Assembly: GCF_964355755.1 (NCBI RefSeq)
Contig: NC_092671.1
Coordinates: 14,198,001 to 14,262,000 of the forward strand
Direction of reading: 5' to 3'
Origin: Antedon mediterranea
Lineage: Eukaryota > Animalia > Echinodermata
Length of the DNA: 64,000 bases
Part shown: positions 14,240 to 24,575 of the stretch, in pieces
Layout: each line of letters starts with the position of its first letter
Numbering within the stretch: position 1 is the first letter of the stretch
Notes under the pieces: model-generated
What the model was told of the DNA's origin: nothing
The model's database searches: none
What the model saw: the letters and a program-made list of their open reading frames with translations, nothing else
Translations under genes and position numbers: made by a program

Positions 14240-17200
14240 CAAAGCTTTTAATTCTGAAAATGTAATACATATTTTAATTATAATAAACATCAACTAAGCA
14301 GTGATGTAGCCACAAGAAATAAAGTGGTGCAGTTTTCACAAGAAAAGGAAACAATTTGTTCAAGCCACTGGGTTGTCAAGGCCTCTGTGAAGAAGTGGTT
14401 AGGTTGAAACTCCGTACCGTACGGCCCTGCTAAGAAGTAATAAGTTTTTGTAAATTAAACATTTTTTTTAGACCAAATTTACAAAGAACCTGTGAAAGCA
14501 GATGAAAAAGATCCACCCTCACCAGAAGCACTTAAAGGAAAAATATTAATCAAAGTAAGTGTGAAAAAAAATGAATTCAAAATAAATTCATAAATTTTTC
14601 TGTTTTTCAATCCATATGCCACCAACATCTATACATTATGTTGGATATGTTTACCCCCTATGCATTAACTTAATAATATTAACCTGTACTGTCTAATGCC
14701 TGTTGTCAAATCTTTTACAATAGATAATAGTTCACTTTCTAATTTAACTGAAGGAAAATCAGTTAATCAAAACAACTTATAGGCTTTAACATATTTCATA
14801 TTTATATACAAGTTATTGTAACTGCTTTATTAAGTAAATATTCTTATTTTTAGGGTAAAAAACTAAAGGTTGAGGATGAAGATGACGGCGATGTGAGCGA
14901 TGAGGATGAAGCTGCAGATATAGAGAATGTTGAAGATGAAGAAGTTAGGCAGCAGTTAGAAAGTAGCAAGAAGAAAAAAGTAAGTAACATATACATAGCA
15001 ATTGATAGTATAAATTAAAAAATATCCTAGTGAAGAAGTCTTTGAAAAATGTTACCTTTTTTTTAACTCTAGCGGAAATTGAATTTACTTTTTTCATTTT
15101 TTAGTACCTACTGTATACTATTTATTACAGTTTATTTTTCTTTAAAAATTACCTTAGTGTTAACACTATTGGAAGATATTGGAAGTCACATTCGACACAA
15201 TAGAATATTATGGCTATACTATCTGTGATGTCTGTTTAGAAAAGGAATATAATTGACAGAACTAACAAAAATTCAATTAAGCTAGTCCTAGTCTAGAATG
15301 AACTATAGATAGAATGCCATAAATCTATCTGTTATACTTGACAGGTTCTTCACTAACAGGTTTTACAATATTAAAGCTTGTCCTCAGAACTACTTAAGTT
15401 GTTCAAACTCATTTATTATACACATTTTAATTTCAGAGAGGTGTTAATAGCTTTGTTTTAACCTTTATTTACTCAAAATTAATATTATTATTCTAAGTTT
15501 ACATATTACTTGACATTATGAGTTAATTATTTATAAAATTGATATATATTGATTTATAAAGTTAATCATTTGTACTTTTGTAATATCAACAAAGGGTCAC
15601 AAAATGTCATGGGTCAAAGGTTGATTGATGGTTTGTATCACAAGTCAATACTAATTAAATTTGATCTAAGATTTTGATAGAGCTTTCATATTTTCTTACT
15701 TTTATTTGGTGTTCATTCAATGGGAAAATTACAAAGGGTAAACCAGATGCATATGCTATTGATTAGTAATATCCAAAGCTATAGTATGCAACCTAATTAA
15801 TTATACTTGTGAAATAGATCTGAAAACAAATTAATTTATTATATTGAAATTCTCAGATTAGGCCTACCATAAGATATACCATAAGATATACAGTATATTA
15901 TATAATCAAAATTGTTATTACATTCATTATTTACCCTAATAAAGGCTGGGGAATCATGTTTTTCTGCTTCCATCATTTTCTTGTATTAGTTAACTGTTCA
16001 AAAGGTTCTGGTGTTCTGCTAATTTTAAAATTAAAGGTATCTTTATAATTAATTTCATTAACTTCATTCAATTACAGGACAAGAAGGTATTAATGATGGA
16101 AAATGTTAGAAGCATTCTGGTTTGAATTTATCAAAGTTTAAAACGGCTACACCTGTGCCCTGACATTCAATAGTGATGAAAAATGAAACAAATTCATTAA
16201 GCTTAAAGCTTATCCAGCAAAACACAGATTTTGTTGATAAATTTAATTCTAAATTAAGTTTATATATAAAGTATTTTGTCATTTTTAGGAGATAAAATTA
16301 AATAAAACAAAACAAAAAAAGGTAGGAATTATTTATCCAAAAAAGCAATTTTCATTTTTAAAAAACAGGTTTCAAGGAAGCTGTTGAAAACTTTGACATT
16401 TGCACGCTTCATTTTTATTGCACACACATGTATCTTCCATCTAACTCTAAAATAAAATATAAACTAATGAATATACATACACATTGAATGCTGCTCAATT
16501 ACAATGAAATATGAATGCGATTAATTAACTTCTTTGCCTGGTAAATGCATTATAAAAGATTTTTGTTCAATAGAATAAAATACATATGCCCAAACTTGCA
16601 TCTTGAAGAATTCTAATTAAAGAATGTTAAAATGCCTTATATAAAGGTTTTATTGCCAACCTTTTGTGTTTTGGAATATACAGCTTTCCAACACAATTCA
16701 ATAAAATCTACATTTCATATAAACTCCCTTATTAACTGCTGTCTTGACTCTTTAATCTTATGATAATAATAATGTTTTATAAATTTAATATGTGCATGTT
16801 ACACATAACCTATTTACAATGAATGAATATTTGCATCCAAAACACATACAGTTTACATTCATACAGTTTTCTCTGAATTGTACAAACTTTTATCATTAAT
16901 AATTATATAGTAATACTTACTCTATTTCCTACTCTCTTTTGTCTGAATTATTATATAATTTTGTGATTCTATTTTTTTTTTTCTCTTGTAATCAGTTTTT
17001 GTCTATCTTCAGCGGTGGAAAAGTATCAAAAGCAGCAGTTGAACATGAGGTTTGTGCATAATGTCTGTTTGATCATGTGCTGTAATGCAATTTCCCGATA
17101 GTCATTCATTATTTAGTAAATGTTGTGTTTATATATTTATTAGATTTGCTTGCTGTTCAGTATCCTATTATCCAGTTCATTCCAGTTTATCCTATTATCC

Positions 17201-20200
17201 AGTTCATTCCAGTTTATCCAGTTCATTCCAGTTTATCATATTATCCAGTTCAAACCAATGTATCTTATTATCCAGTTCATTCCAGTTTATCATATTATTC
17301 AGTTCATTCCAATCTATCTTATTATCCAGTTCATTCCAGTTTGTCATATTATTCAATTCATTCCAATCTATCTTATTATCCAGTTCATTCTAGTTTATCA
17401 TAATATTATTCAGTTTATTTAAGTTTATCTTATTATCCAGTTCATTCCAGTTTATCATATTATCCAGTTTATTTCAGTTTATCCTATTATCCAGTTCATT
17501 CAAGTTTATCCTATTATCCAGTTCATTCTAATGTATCCTATTATCCAGTTCACTCCAATGTATCCTATTATCCAGTTCACTCCAATGTATCTTATTATCC
17601 AGTTCACTCCAATGTATCTTATTATCCAGTTCACTCCAATGTATCTTATTATCCAGGTCACTCCAATGTATCTTATTATCCAATTTATTTTAGTTAATCC
17701 TATTATCCAGTTCATTCAAGTTTATCATATTATCGAATTCATTCCATGTTATCCTATTATCCAGTTCATTCCAATGTATCTTATTATCCAGTTCATTTCA
17801 GTTTCTATCCAGTTTATCCTATTATCTAGTTCATTCCCGTTTATTTTATTATCCAGTTAATTCTATTATTTAGTTCGTTCCTGTTAAACCTATTATCCAC
17901 TTCATTCCAGCTTTTTATTTATTTGTTTGTTTTTGTAGAATGTTTTATTCTTGTTTGTTACAGGGTCTAAGTTAATACTCTAAGTATGTCGTGTACTTTT
18001 GCAGTTCAGTTCATTGCAGTATTTTTCTAATTGACTGGTATTTTGTAAACTGTAAAACCAATACCTGTGTGTGTCACTTTCTTTGTTAATTTTGACATTA
18101 TAAATTGAAATAATATTTAAAGTTTGTTTATTTACAATGCAATAATATTATTTTTTATACTATCCTAACACAACTAATGAGTGTTATCAATAACCAAAAT
18201 ATTGCTATACAATTACATAAGTATTAATATTTTTACTTTCAGCATTAATGCAGACTATCTATTTAATCCATAGTTTGATATTTAATAGGAAGCTTTCAAT
18301 TTTCGACGAACAATGACCAAACTATGTCATGCAGGAATATTGTTTCCTCGCTTCCCACCTTGACACAGGTTTTGATGGTTTCTAGGTCCAGGCAACAACT
18401 GAAGACACATTGATTGTTCGACCTAGGTTGGTTGTCGGTCGTCGCAAATAGAAAGCTTGCCTGTTTTAGGCATGCAGATACATACTTATGTTGTCAATAA
18501 CTAATATACAATTTTTATATAATTATAATTATTTTTAGTGAATGTGGCATAGCCAAATATTTAATCGTTCTTAATATACTGTATAACCTAAGGCATGCAT
18601 ATACAATAGTATTTGTACCATTTATTTTTAAATTGTTCAAAAAGACAGAAGGAGGTTTTATACAAATATTTGCCTATTATTAACTAAATGATGTATTTAA
18701 AATAAGAAAAGGTGTTAAAAAAACAATTAAAATCATTTGAGCATCATATTTTATTAGTCAAGGTAAAATTGAAAATGTCTGACTAGACCTTGTCTTACAA
18801 TTGACAAATTTTCAGATGAAACAAAATTTAATTAATTAATAATTAATAAATTTGTTTGTATATATTTTTCACATTACAGTTCTAGTAATATTACAGAAAG
18901 AAAGTATTTATTTTGGCAACAATTTGATATTCTACAGCTCATTTTTTTCCAAATATCTACTTTATTTGATTAAGTCAAATCCTGGCAAAATAAATAGGCG
19001 GGATTATGCTCTAAATTACGGGATGGCATTATATTTGTGTGTGGAATTATAAGGTATTCTATAGCAGATATTTTTCTGGTTTCAAGCCAAAAATTTAGAT
19101 CAAAATATAAGTTATTTATATGCATATTTTTATTTTTAGAGTAAAAAACTGAAGTTGGCCAAAGATCTTTCAATGTTGGTTTGTTTGTGTAAAAGTGTTC
19201 ATTTCCACAACTTCAAGGAATCTGCCGAAAAATGTAAGTGCTGGTGAATTTTTTTTCCAAAATAATATTTGAGCTCACAGAAACAATTTAAAATATGAAT
19301 TTGTAAGCTTAACATTTTGTCTGTCTATAGTTTCTTATTTCTTCATTTTTGGAAATTTATTATTAGACTATTTCTTTGTTATTAATTACAAATTAATTTT
19401 AATCATATTACTCATTACTTACTTTAACATTGTCAGACAAGTTTTATGAGATGTCTTCTTTCGGTGAGAGCAAAGCCATGGATCTGGCCAAACATAGTGG
19501 TGAGCAGTACAATGAACACAATAAGAAGTTCTTAAGCAGAACATACCCAGCTGGTTGGAGAACAAACTCTTCCAATTACTGCCCCTGTCCGCTATGGAAT
19601 GCAGGCTGTGCCATTGGTAGGTTTATGCTTTTACAGTACTTCTGTACAATCATGCTGTAATTTAAGCAGTGCAAATCCCTATTCTAATAAAAAATTGTTC
19701 AACATAATATCATGCCTGTAGGGGTAAAAGTGAACCAAACGGGCTAGTTAGGCCTGTTGACTATCACACTACTATTTGGTTTTTAAAGGGCACTCTCAAA
19801 CTCCTTCAGCTATGGGCTTGCAAGTTTATAGCCACTTGGCCTCTTTGAATTAGCAACTCAGGTAGTTGCTAATTAACAACTCACTGTAGGCTAGATTAAT
19901 ATTGACATAATATTACTTTCCTGACATAATGGTAAATATTTTCATTCTCAGTTGCCCTAAACTATCAGACTCATGGAGAAGAGATGGATCTGTATTTAGG
20001 AAAATTTAAACAGAATGGTAACTCTGGTTACATACTTAAACCAGTGTTTATGAGAGAAGGTAAGGAAAACTAGTCAGAATTTTAGAAGAATTGTACTAAA
20101 AATGTGTTGGTGAGAGTGTTCTAATGCGCTATAGCTTGCATTCAAGAACTGATTTTACAAATCAAAAAACACTCCTTCTATTTATATGTAATTGATTCAT

Positions 20201-23200
20201 CAACATCCCCTTGTCCATGCGAACTATGAAATTGACCAATTGCAGTTTGATGCCCAATGAACTGGTTCCAAAAGACATCTACATTATGTTAAAGAAAATT
20301 ATTATTATTATTCAACAGAGGGCTTAAAGTTTGACCCTGAAAAGCCATCAGCTGAGTACAAAAAGAAGTTGAGATTTAAAGTAAGTACACTATTTGCCAT
20401 GCAATAATAATATTGTCACATATGCTTAGTTTGTGACTAGCGACAATTCTACTAGTTTTCTCTAAACGCTGTAACGGTACACATCATTTAACTTGTGTAT
20501 AGTCTTGTAACGTTAGTGTAGTGTACAGTATTGTATATACATATTTTAATTGACTAGACTAAACTACTACGTTTTTGAACTATTTAAATAAATTTAGTTT
20601 TGTAAAAGTTTTTATTTAACACTATTTTCTAGATCATTAGCGGCCAGCAGCTTCCTAAACCTAAAGGATCAAAAGAAATTATTGACCCATTTGTAAAGGT
20701 GTCTATTTATGATATGAATCAAGAAATTGATGCCAAGACTGAAGTAGTTGAAAATAATGGTAAGAGAATTTGTTACATTTTGTTGAAGGATTCACCTTCC
20801 ATGTTATTGCCAGTATTTTACTTATTATTTATTACCTTTATTTTTAAGGATTTAACCCACAATGGAATCATGACATGGAGTTTGATGTTAAAGTACCTGA
20901 ACTAGCTTTGGTTCGCTTCACCGTCTACGACTATGACATGTCATCAAAGAATGATTTCATCGGACAGTACACCATCCCTGTGGCAAGCCTACAATTAGGT
21001 AAATACACATACAGTATGATTTTTCTTGATAAATTTGGTACATTTCGCAGTGGCATATCCAGTGTGGGTGGGTGGGGTGGGGGGATTGGGGGGTGTGGAG
21101 TGGGGAGTTGCTAGTAATACTGTACAGTAGTGATGTACAACATTAATGTCAAATTACATTTGTTTATATTTAGAAATCAACGCATGAAAATATAGCAATT
21201 TTAGAATGTGGATATTACTATTGTTTTGATTGCTGTCAATATGCAAATTATATTAATTTTGTTTTTAATTGACCAATATTCATGCATGAAAATATTTTAA
21301 TTTTGTGGAGTTAGTGTGTTACATTAAATTGTTAATTGCAATCATGAGATCATGATAGTTTCAGACTCAATGAATAATTAAGTTTCTTGTGATTTCACTA
21401 ATTTTTTTAAAAGTGGAGGTTAGTTTGTAACATAATAGTAACATTGATTATGTTTACTAATCATTTACTGGAAATACATTCTGGACATTCTTTAAGTAAA
21501 AGCACTTTTTATAACTTCTAAATTTTGCACCATAATCACTGTTGATTTAAATAGATTCATCACCATGGTAAATAATTTGATTTGCATGTATTTTGTGTGT
21601 GGTTAAATTACCTATTTCATCAAAACAGGGTATCATCATGTACCATTGGTGTCTAAGAAAGGCGTGGCATTGAGTCCAGCCTCAATCTTTGTTCATATAA
21701 TGTCGTCGTCAAAATCATGATGCGTTACTGAAAGGTATCCTCTCATCATTTAGTGTTTTTTTTGCTCATCATCTGCTAGCATGCCATGTTTATGCGTTCT
21801 TGATAAGGCAGCAATGGATACAGAAGATGGCGTGAAATTGTTATTAAATCATTATAATGGGCCCCTAATGGTACCCACATCCTAAAAAAATGATGAAAAT
21901 TGTACTATAAAGTTAGATATAATATTTTCTCCCTAACAAAAAGATTTTTTGTTGTTGAATAATATTCATTAATTGATGAAATAGTTATTTACTTTTAACA
22001 AAATTTGGGTTGAAAAAAAGTATATACACAAGAAGAAAAACATATTTTTTAGAAAGAAATAATCAACTATACATATCTCTTTATTATCAAATGTAAAATA
22101 AAAAAATACATTACTCAACTTATTTGACAGAAAGACCTCCCCCCCCCCACCAAAAAAAAGATTGTCAGAAAAAGGTTTTTGTAAAATTTTACAGTTTATT
22201 TTATCAGTTTATAAGCAAAATCATTTTATGCAATTTATCTTTATATTCTTCATATTTTGGAAGACAATATATTTTATTGAATTAAAGGCCTTTTCACAGC
22301 ATTCCAGTGAATCTTCTGTATCCACCTCAAAACTGCATGAAATTAAAATAATGTTTTTTTTAGCCTCTACCCTGTTCTTCATTGCTGTTATACTGTAGCA
22401 ACCCTTCACTTTTCATTAGATAGAGTTTATATAATTATTAATAGAAATTTGGGATACTAATGGTTGATTGGTTTGTTGCAATATTTTTGTTTCTATTTTT
22501 TTTTAGAAATTAAAAGCTTTTGATTAAGTAGGTGAATGCATACATAATTGTATGAATTAAATGATTCTTGATTTGAATGAAAACAATAATGGATAAAATG
22601 AGTGAATTTATGGTAGTGGCATATATTGGGGTGAAGTGTAATACTGAATAAAAATATTTGGTAGGGTAAGGGTTGAATTGGGAAAATGTTTTCTAATTTT
22701 TCTCTTTAACATGCATATTTGTGGAACCTATGAATGGAATATTTAACAGTACATACATGTATGAATGAATACAACATTAATAATGGCAAAAATTAATAAA
22801 CTAATAATTCTGCTTATTCTTGCATATTGCCCAATTTAATTACTAAATTACTATTAATAGATATATTTATATTGGCAATCTTGGCAATATGTTTATATAT
22901 TTATCACATTATTTGAACTACCAATCTTTAGAATTTGTTTAACATAGAATTGAGAACTTCTTTCATAAAGGTTATAATACATTTTCGAATTAGCAACAAA
23001 TAAGGTTTCATGTTAGTTTGTTATAACAAGCAACCACAAAAAAGACAACTGTGCTTCTCTTCTTTAAAGTTCTTCATTTTTGCGCTGTCTATTTTGAGTT
23101 GTTACGCTCTACTTCTCGTCAACTATTAACTTGAGTTAATAGTCTTGCCTCTTGTAGATTCCATGTGCAAGTGTAGATGTCAACAACACAAAATTGTTGT

Positions 23201-24032
23201 ACATTATAGTTTTCTGTATTATTGACAAATTCTGTGATATAGTGTCACATCATATCATAGGAGCAATATATATATGTATTTAAAATAGATTAATAATACA
23301 GAGTTATATGTGATGTACATGTGGTACTGTATCAAAGAGATTGTCAATGATACTGGACAAAATGCCGTATTTTGTAGAAAAAGTATTAAGAATCGATGGT
23401 TTTAGTTGTGTTACTGCTTTGCTTAAGTAAATTGACAAATTTTTTTTCTATCCAAATATCTTCATCATCATAATCATCTTCATAATCATCTTCATAATTA
23501 TTACAATGATCATCATTTAAATGAAAATGTGTACTCTTTTGTGAAAACTTTACAGTTTTCTCCTTCCTAACTAAGAACTTCTTATTTAAGACATTTTTTT
23601 TTATGTACTATATTTATAGACTATATGCTTACCCCAATAGTAGCATTTATCAATATTTTGATTTTCATATAGCATACTGTGATAAAACAAATACAGTATA
23701 TATTTTTTTTTCAGTTATGCACAGTGTGATAAAATAATTACAAAAAAGTAATTTGCATTTAAATTTAACTGCTAGTTTGTTTTGCTAGCTGGGCTTTTGT
23801 TGTATAAAAGTGTTGACTCAGTGAATCTTACTGCTTTCTTTACTGTATATTTAAATAATCCTAAATCTATTAATGATTCTACTGTCAAATTATATTTCAT
23901 AATATATTGTTTTGTACTTTTTCTAACTTGCGTTCTTTGTTTTTTCCAGGTTACGGCCATGTACCTTTGTATTCCAGTACAGAGGAAAAATTTATTGAAG
24001 CAACGTTGTTTGTCCATGTTACTCTTGAGTAA
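357..24032 (+). CDS. PLCD: Phosphoinositide phospholipase C delta (PLCD1/PLCD4-like); multi-exon gene, 5' exons lie upstream of the window
   Basis: 18 exons join in frame with consistent phases. Domain order is PH, EF-hands, X box ([35 protein letters not shown]), acidic linker, Y box ([29 protein letters not shown]) and C2 ([33 protein letters not shown]). The protein ends right after C2, as delta isoforms do. Confidence 0.95.
583..2977 (+). other. U12-type (minor spliceosome) GT-AG intron, phase 2
   Basis: 5' site GTATCCTTT at 583-591; branch site TTCTTTAAC at 2959-2967, 10 nt from the exon; no polypyrimidine tract; only this donor restores the frame (Q-V-W-I-R-D). Confidence 0.9.
1056..2455. 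mobile_element. Non-autonomous DNA transposon (hAT-like termini) inside the U12 intron
   Basis: TIRs AGTGTTCTCCCCAGG / CCTGGGGAGAACACTG; subterminal AAGCGTCACG repeats at both ends; flanking AAAGCC direct repeat; internal ~175-bp tandem repeat x3-4 (1240-1835). Confidence 0.75.
2978..3107 (+). CDS. PLCD: PLC-delta exon, EF-hand 1 ([22 protein letters not shown]...LFK)
   Basis: canonical EF loop [12 protein letters not shown]; donor gttaga at 3108. Confidence 0.92.
3555..3682 (+). CDS. PLCD: PLC-delta exon, EF-hand 2 (EADVKK...[24 protein letters not shown])
   Basis: ttag / gtaagt boundaries, phase 0 to 2. Confidence 0.9.
4870..5165. repeat. 34-bp minisatellite (GAGTTACCAAAATAGACATTTGGTGCCAACCTAA)n, about 8 degenerate copies
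   Basis: visible tandem periodicity. Confidence 0.85.
6373..6439 (+). CDS. PLCD: PLC-delta exon, EF region ([22 protein letters not shown])
   Basis: tag / gtaatt boundaries, phase 2 to 0. Confidence 0.88.
6831..8460. mobile_element. Non-autonomous PIF/Harbinger-like element
   Basis: 20-bp TIRs GGGTCTGTTTCTGCTGCATA / TATGCAGCAGAAACAGGCCC; 3-bp AAA on both flanks; repeated subterminal TAACCGGTTA palindromes. Confidence 0.8.
9883..9976 (+). CDS. PLCD: PLC-delta exon, EF region ([17 protein letters not shown]...LSYDG)
   Basis: polypyrimidine tract + ag; gtaagt donor; phase 0 to 1. Confidence 0.9.
10212..10525. repeat. ~160-bp intronic tandem duplication
   Basis: TTACATTGAAA(A/T)GTCGCAT...TAAAATAAAAAAC occurs at ~10212 and ~10383. 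Confidence 0.8.
10600..10717 (+). CDS. PLCD: PLC-delta exon, start of X box ([20 protein letters not shown])
   Basis: hallmark PI-PLC motif with the first catalytic His; cag / gtaagt. Confidence 0.96.
11174..11259 (+). CDS. PLCD: PLC-delta exon, X box ([28 protein letters not shown])
   Basis: cag / gtgagt; conserved GCRCVE. Confidence 0.96.
11883..12392. mobile_element. MITE with ~50-bp TIRs
   Basis: TAGAAAGGTTTTGCAATCTTACGAATACGATAACGAAAACGGATACGTCA is mirrored at 12343-12392. Confidence 0.8.
12584..12704 (+). CDS. PLCD: PLC-delta exon, X box ([25 protein letters not shown]...YAFVAS)
   Basis: cag / gtaagt; second catalytic His motif. Confidence 0.96.
13378..13543. mobile_element. Small palindromic MITE-like element
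   Basis: ~38-bp inner arms GAAGGGTTTGGGAGCAAACGTCACGACACGTAC / GTACGCGTCCTGACATTTGCTACCAAACCCTTC, plus outer GCAAATAGC / GCTATTTGC. Confidence 0.65.
13850..13935 (+). CDS. PLCD: PLC-delta exon, X box ([20 protein letters not shown]...LG)
   Basis: tag / gtaaga; conserved SLENHCS. Confidence 0.96.
14205..14238. repeat. (TAT)n microsatellite
   Basis: about 11 perfect units. Confidence 0.9.
14472..14554 (+). CDS. PLCD: PLC-delta exon, end of X box ([14 protein letters not shown])
   Basis: tag / gtaagt; PSP.xLKGKILIK motif. Confidence 0.95.
14854..14979 (+). CDS. PLCD: PLC-delta exon, acidic X-Y linker ([24 protein letters not shown]...SSKKKK)
   Basis: tag / gtaagt, phase 0-0; [10 protein letters not shown] motif typical of PLC-delta. 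Confidence 0.93.
16078..16086 (+). CDS. Candidate 9-nt microexon (DKK) in the X-Y linker
   Basis: ttaac...attacag|GACAAGAAG|gtatta; phase 0-0, frame-preserving. Confidence 0.45.
16289..16321 (+). CDS. Candidate 33-nt cassette exon ([11 protein letters not shown]) in the X-Y linker
   Basis: tttttag|GAG...AAG|gtagga; phase 0-0, no stop; A-rich low complexity lowers confidence. Confidence 0.35.
16996..17049 (+). CDS. Candidate 54-nt cassette exon ([18 protein letters not shown]) in the X-Y linker
   Basis: long polypyrimidine tract + atcag acceptor; GAG|gtttgt donor; phase 0-0, no stop; locally higher GC. Confidence 0.55.
17155..17910. repeat. 27-bp minisatellite (TATTATCCAGTTCAYTCCARTKTATCY)n
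   Basis: visible tandem units; explains the repetitive ORFs at 17085-17860. Confidence 0.92.
18285..18464. mobile_element. ~180-bp MITE
   Basis: imperfect TIRs AGGAAGCTTTCAATTTTCGACGA / TCGTCGCAAATAGAAAGCTTGCCT. Confidence 0.6.
19140..19233 (+). CDS. PLCD: PLC-delta exon, start of Y box ([22 protein letters not shown])
   Basis: tag / gtaagt; KLKLAxxLSxxVxxCKSVHF motif. Confidence 0.95.
19437..19616 (+). CDS. PLCD: PLC-delta exon, Y box ([11 protein letters not shown]...[16 protein letters not shown]...WNAGCAI)
   Basis: cag / gtaggt; conserved Y-box motifs. Confidence 0.96.
19952..20059 (+). CDS. PLCD: PLC-delta exon, end of Y box ([31 protein letters not shown])
   Basis: cag / gtaagg. Confidence 0.96.
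20319..20380 (+). CDS. PLCD: PLC-delta exon, Y-C2 linker ([20 protein letters not shown])
   Basis: cag / gtaagt, phase 1 to 0. Confidence 0.9.
20633..20759 (+). CDS. PLCD: PLC-delta exon, C2 domain ([23 protein letters not shown]...TEVVENN)
   Basis: tag / gtaaga. Confidence 0.95.
20849..20998 (+). CDS. PLCD: PLC-delta exon, C2 domain (GFNPQWN...[15 protein letters not shown]...[16 protein letters not shown])
   Basis: aag / gtaaat; Ca2+-ligand aspartates present. Confidence 0.96.
21629..21720 (+). CDS. PLCD: PLC-delta terminal exon A ([30 protein letters not shown])
   Basis: aacag acceptor, phase 1, PLC GYxHVxL motif, TGA at 21718-21720. Confidence 0.9.
23950..24032 (+). CDS. PLCD: PLC-delta alternative terminal exon B ([27 protein letters not shown])
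   Basis: ctaac branch-like site, polypyrimidine tract and ccag acceptor; phase 1; gapless homology to exon A; ATLFV motif as in vertebrate PLCD1; TAA at 24030-24032; AATAAA at ~24472. Confidence 0.85.
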
Positions 24033-24575
24033 AAGAAAACGGAATGCAGGTTTTATAATAGCATGAAATAATATTACTATAAAACTGTATAATACTAAGA
24101 AATGGGATATAAATACATAGTATTACTATGTATTGTGCTAAAAACTAAACATAATTAGTTTAGTATCATTTTAAATGACAAATAACAAAACGAAAATTTT
24201 ATTTGAATGCTATATAGCTTTCATGGTATTTTATTAAAATGGTAATTTTATTATATAAATGTAAAATATGCTATTTCTAGTAGCACTATGAAGTAAGCAG
24301 ATATGTTTATACTTCTATAAGTAAGTATATCATTGTAGCAAGGTTTTATTTTACTGTGGTGACAGGTTTCCAATATGCTCTTTTTTCTACAAATAGTAGT
24401 AATTTTATTGTATGAAATGTGTAATCTTTATATAAATAACTTCTATAATCTTTAGCTTAAATAGGACATAGAATAAAAAAAGCTTTTATGATAGTCTTAA
24501 TATTCATTAATACCTTTTGATTTGTGGCGACTTAGGATGTGTTTCCCCACTTGATTCCTCTTGTTTGTGTAGATT

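Noticed and set aside
17085-17860. Several repetitive ORFs
   Set aside because: They are translations of the 27-bp minisatellite.
17964-18903. Other AG...GT segments in the linker intron (17964 onward; 18880-18903)
   Set aside because: They contain an in-frame stop or have lengths not divisible by three.
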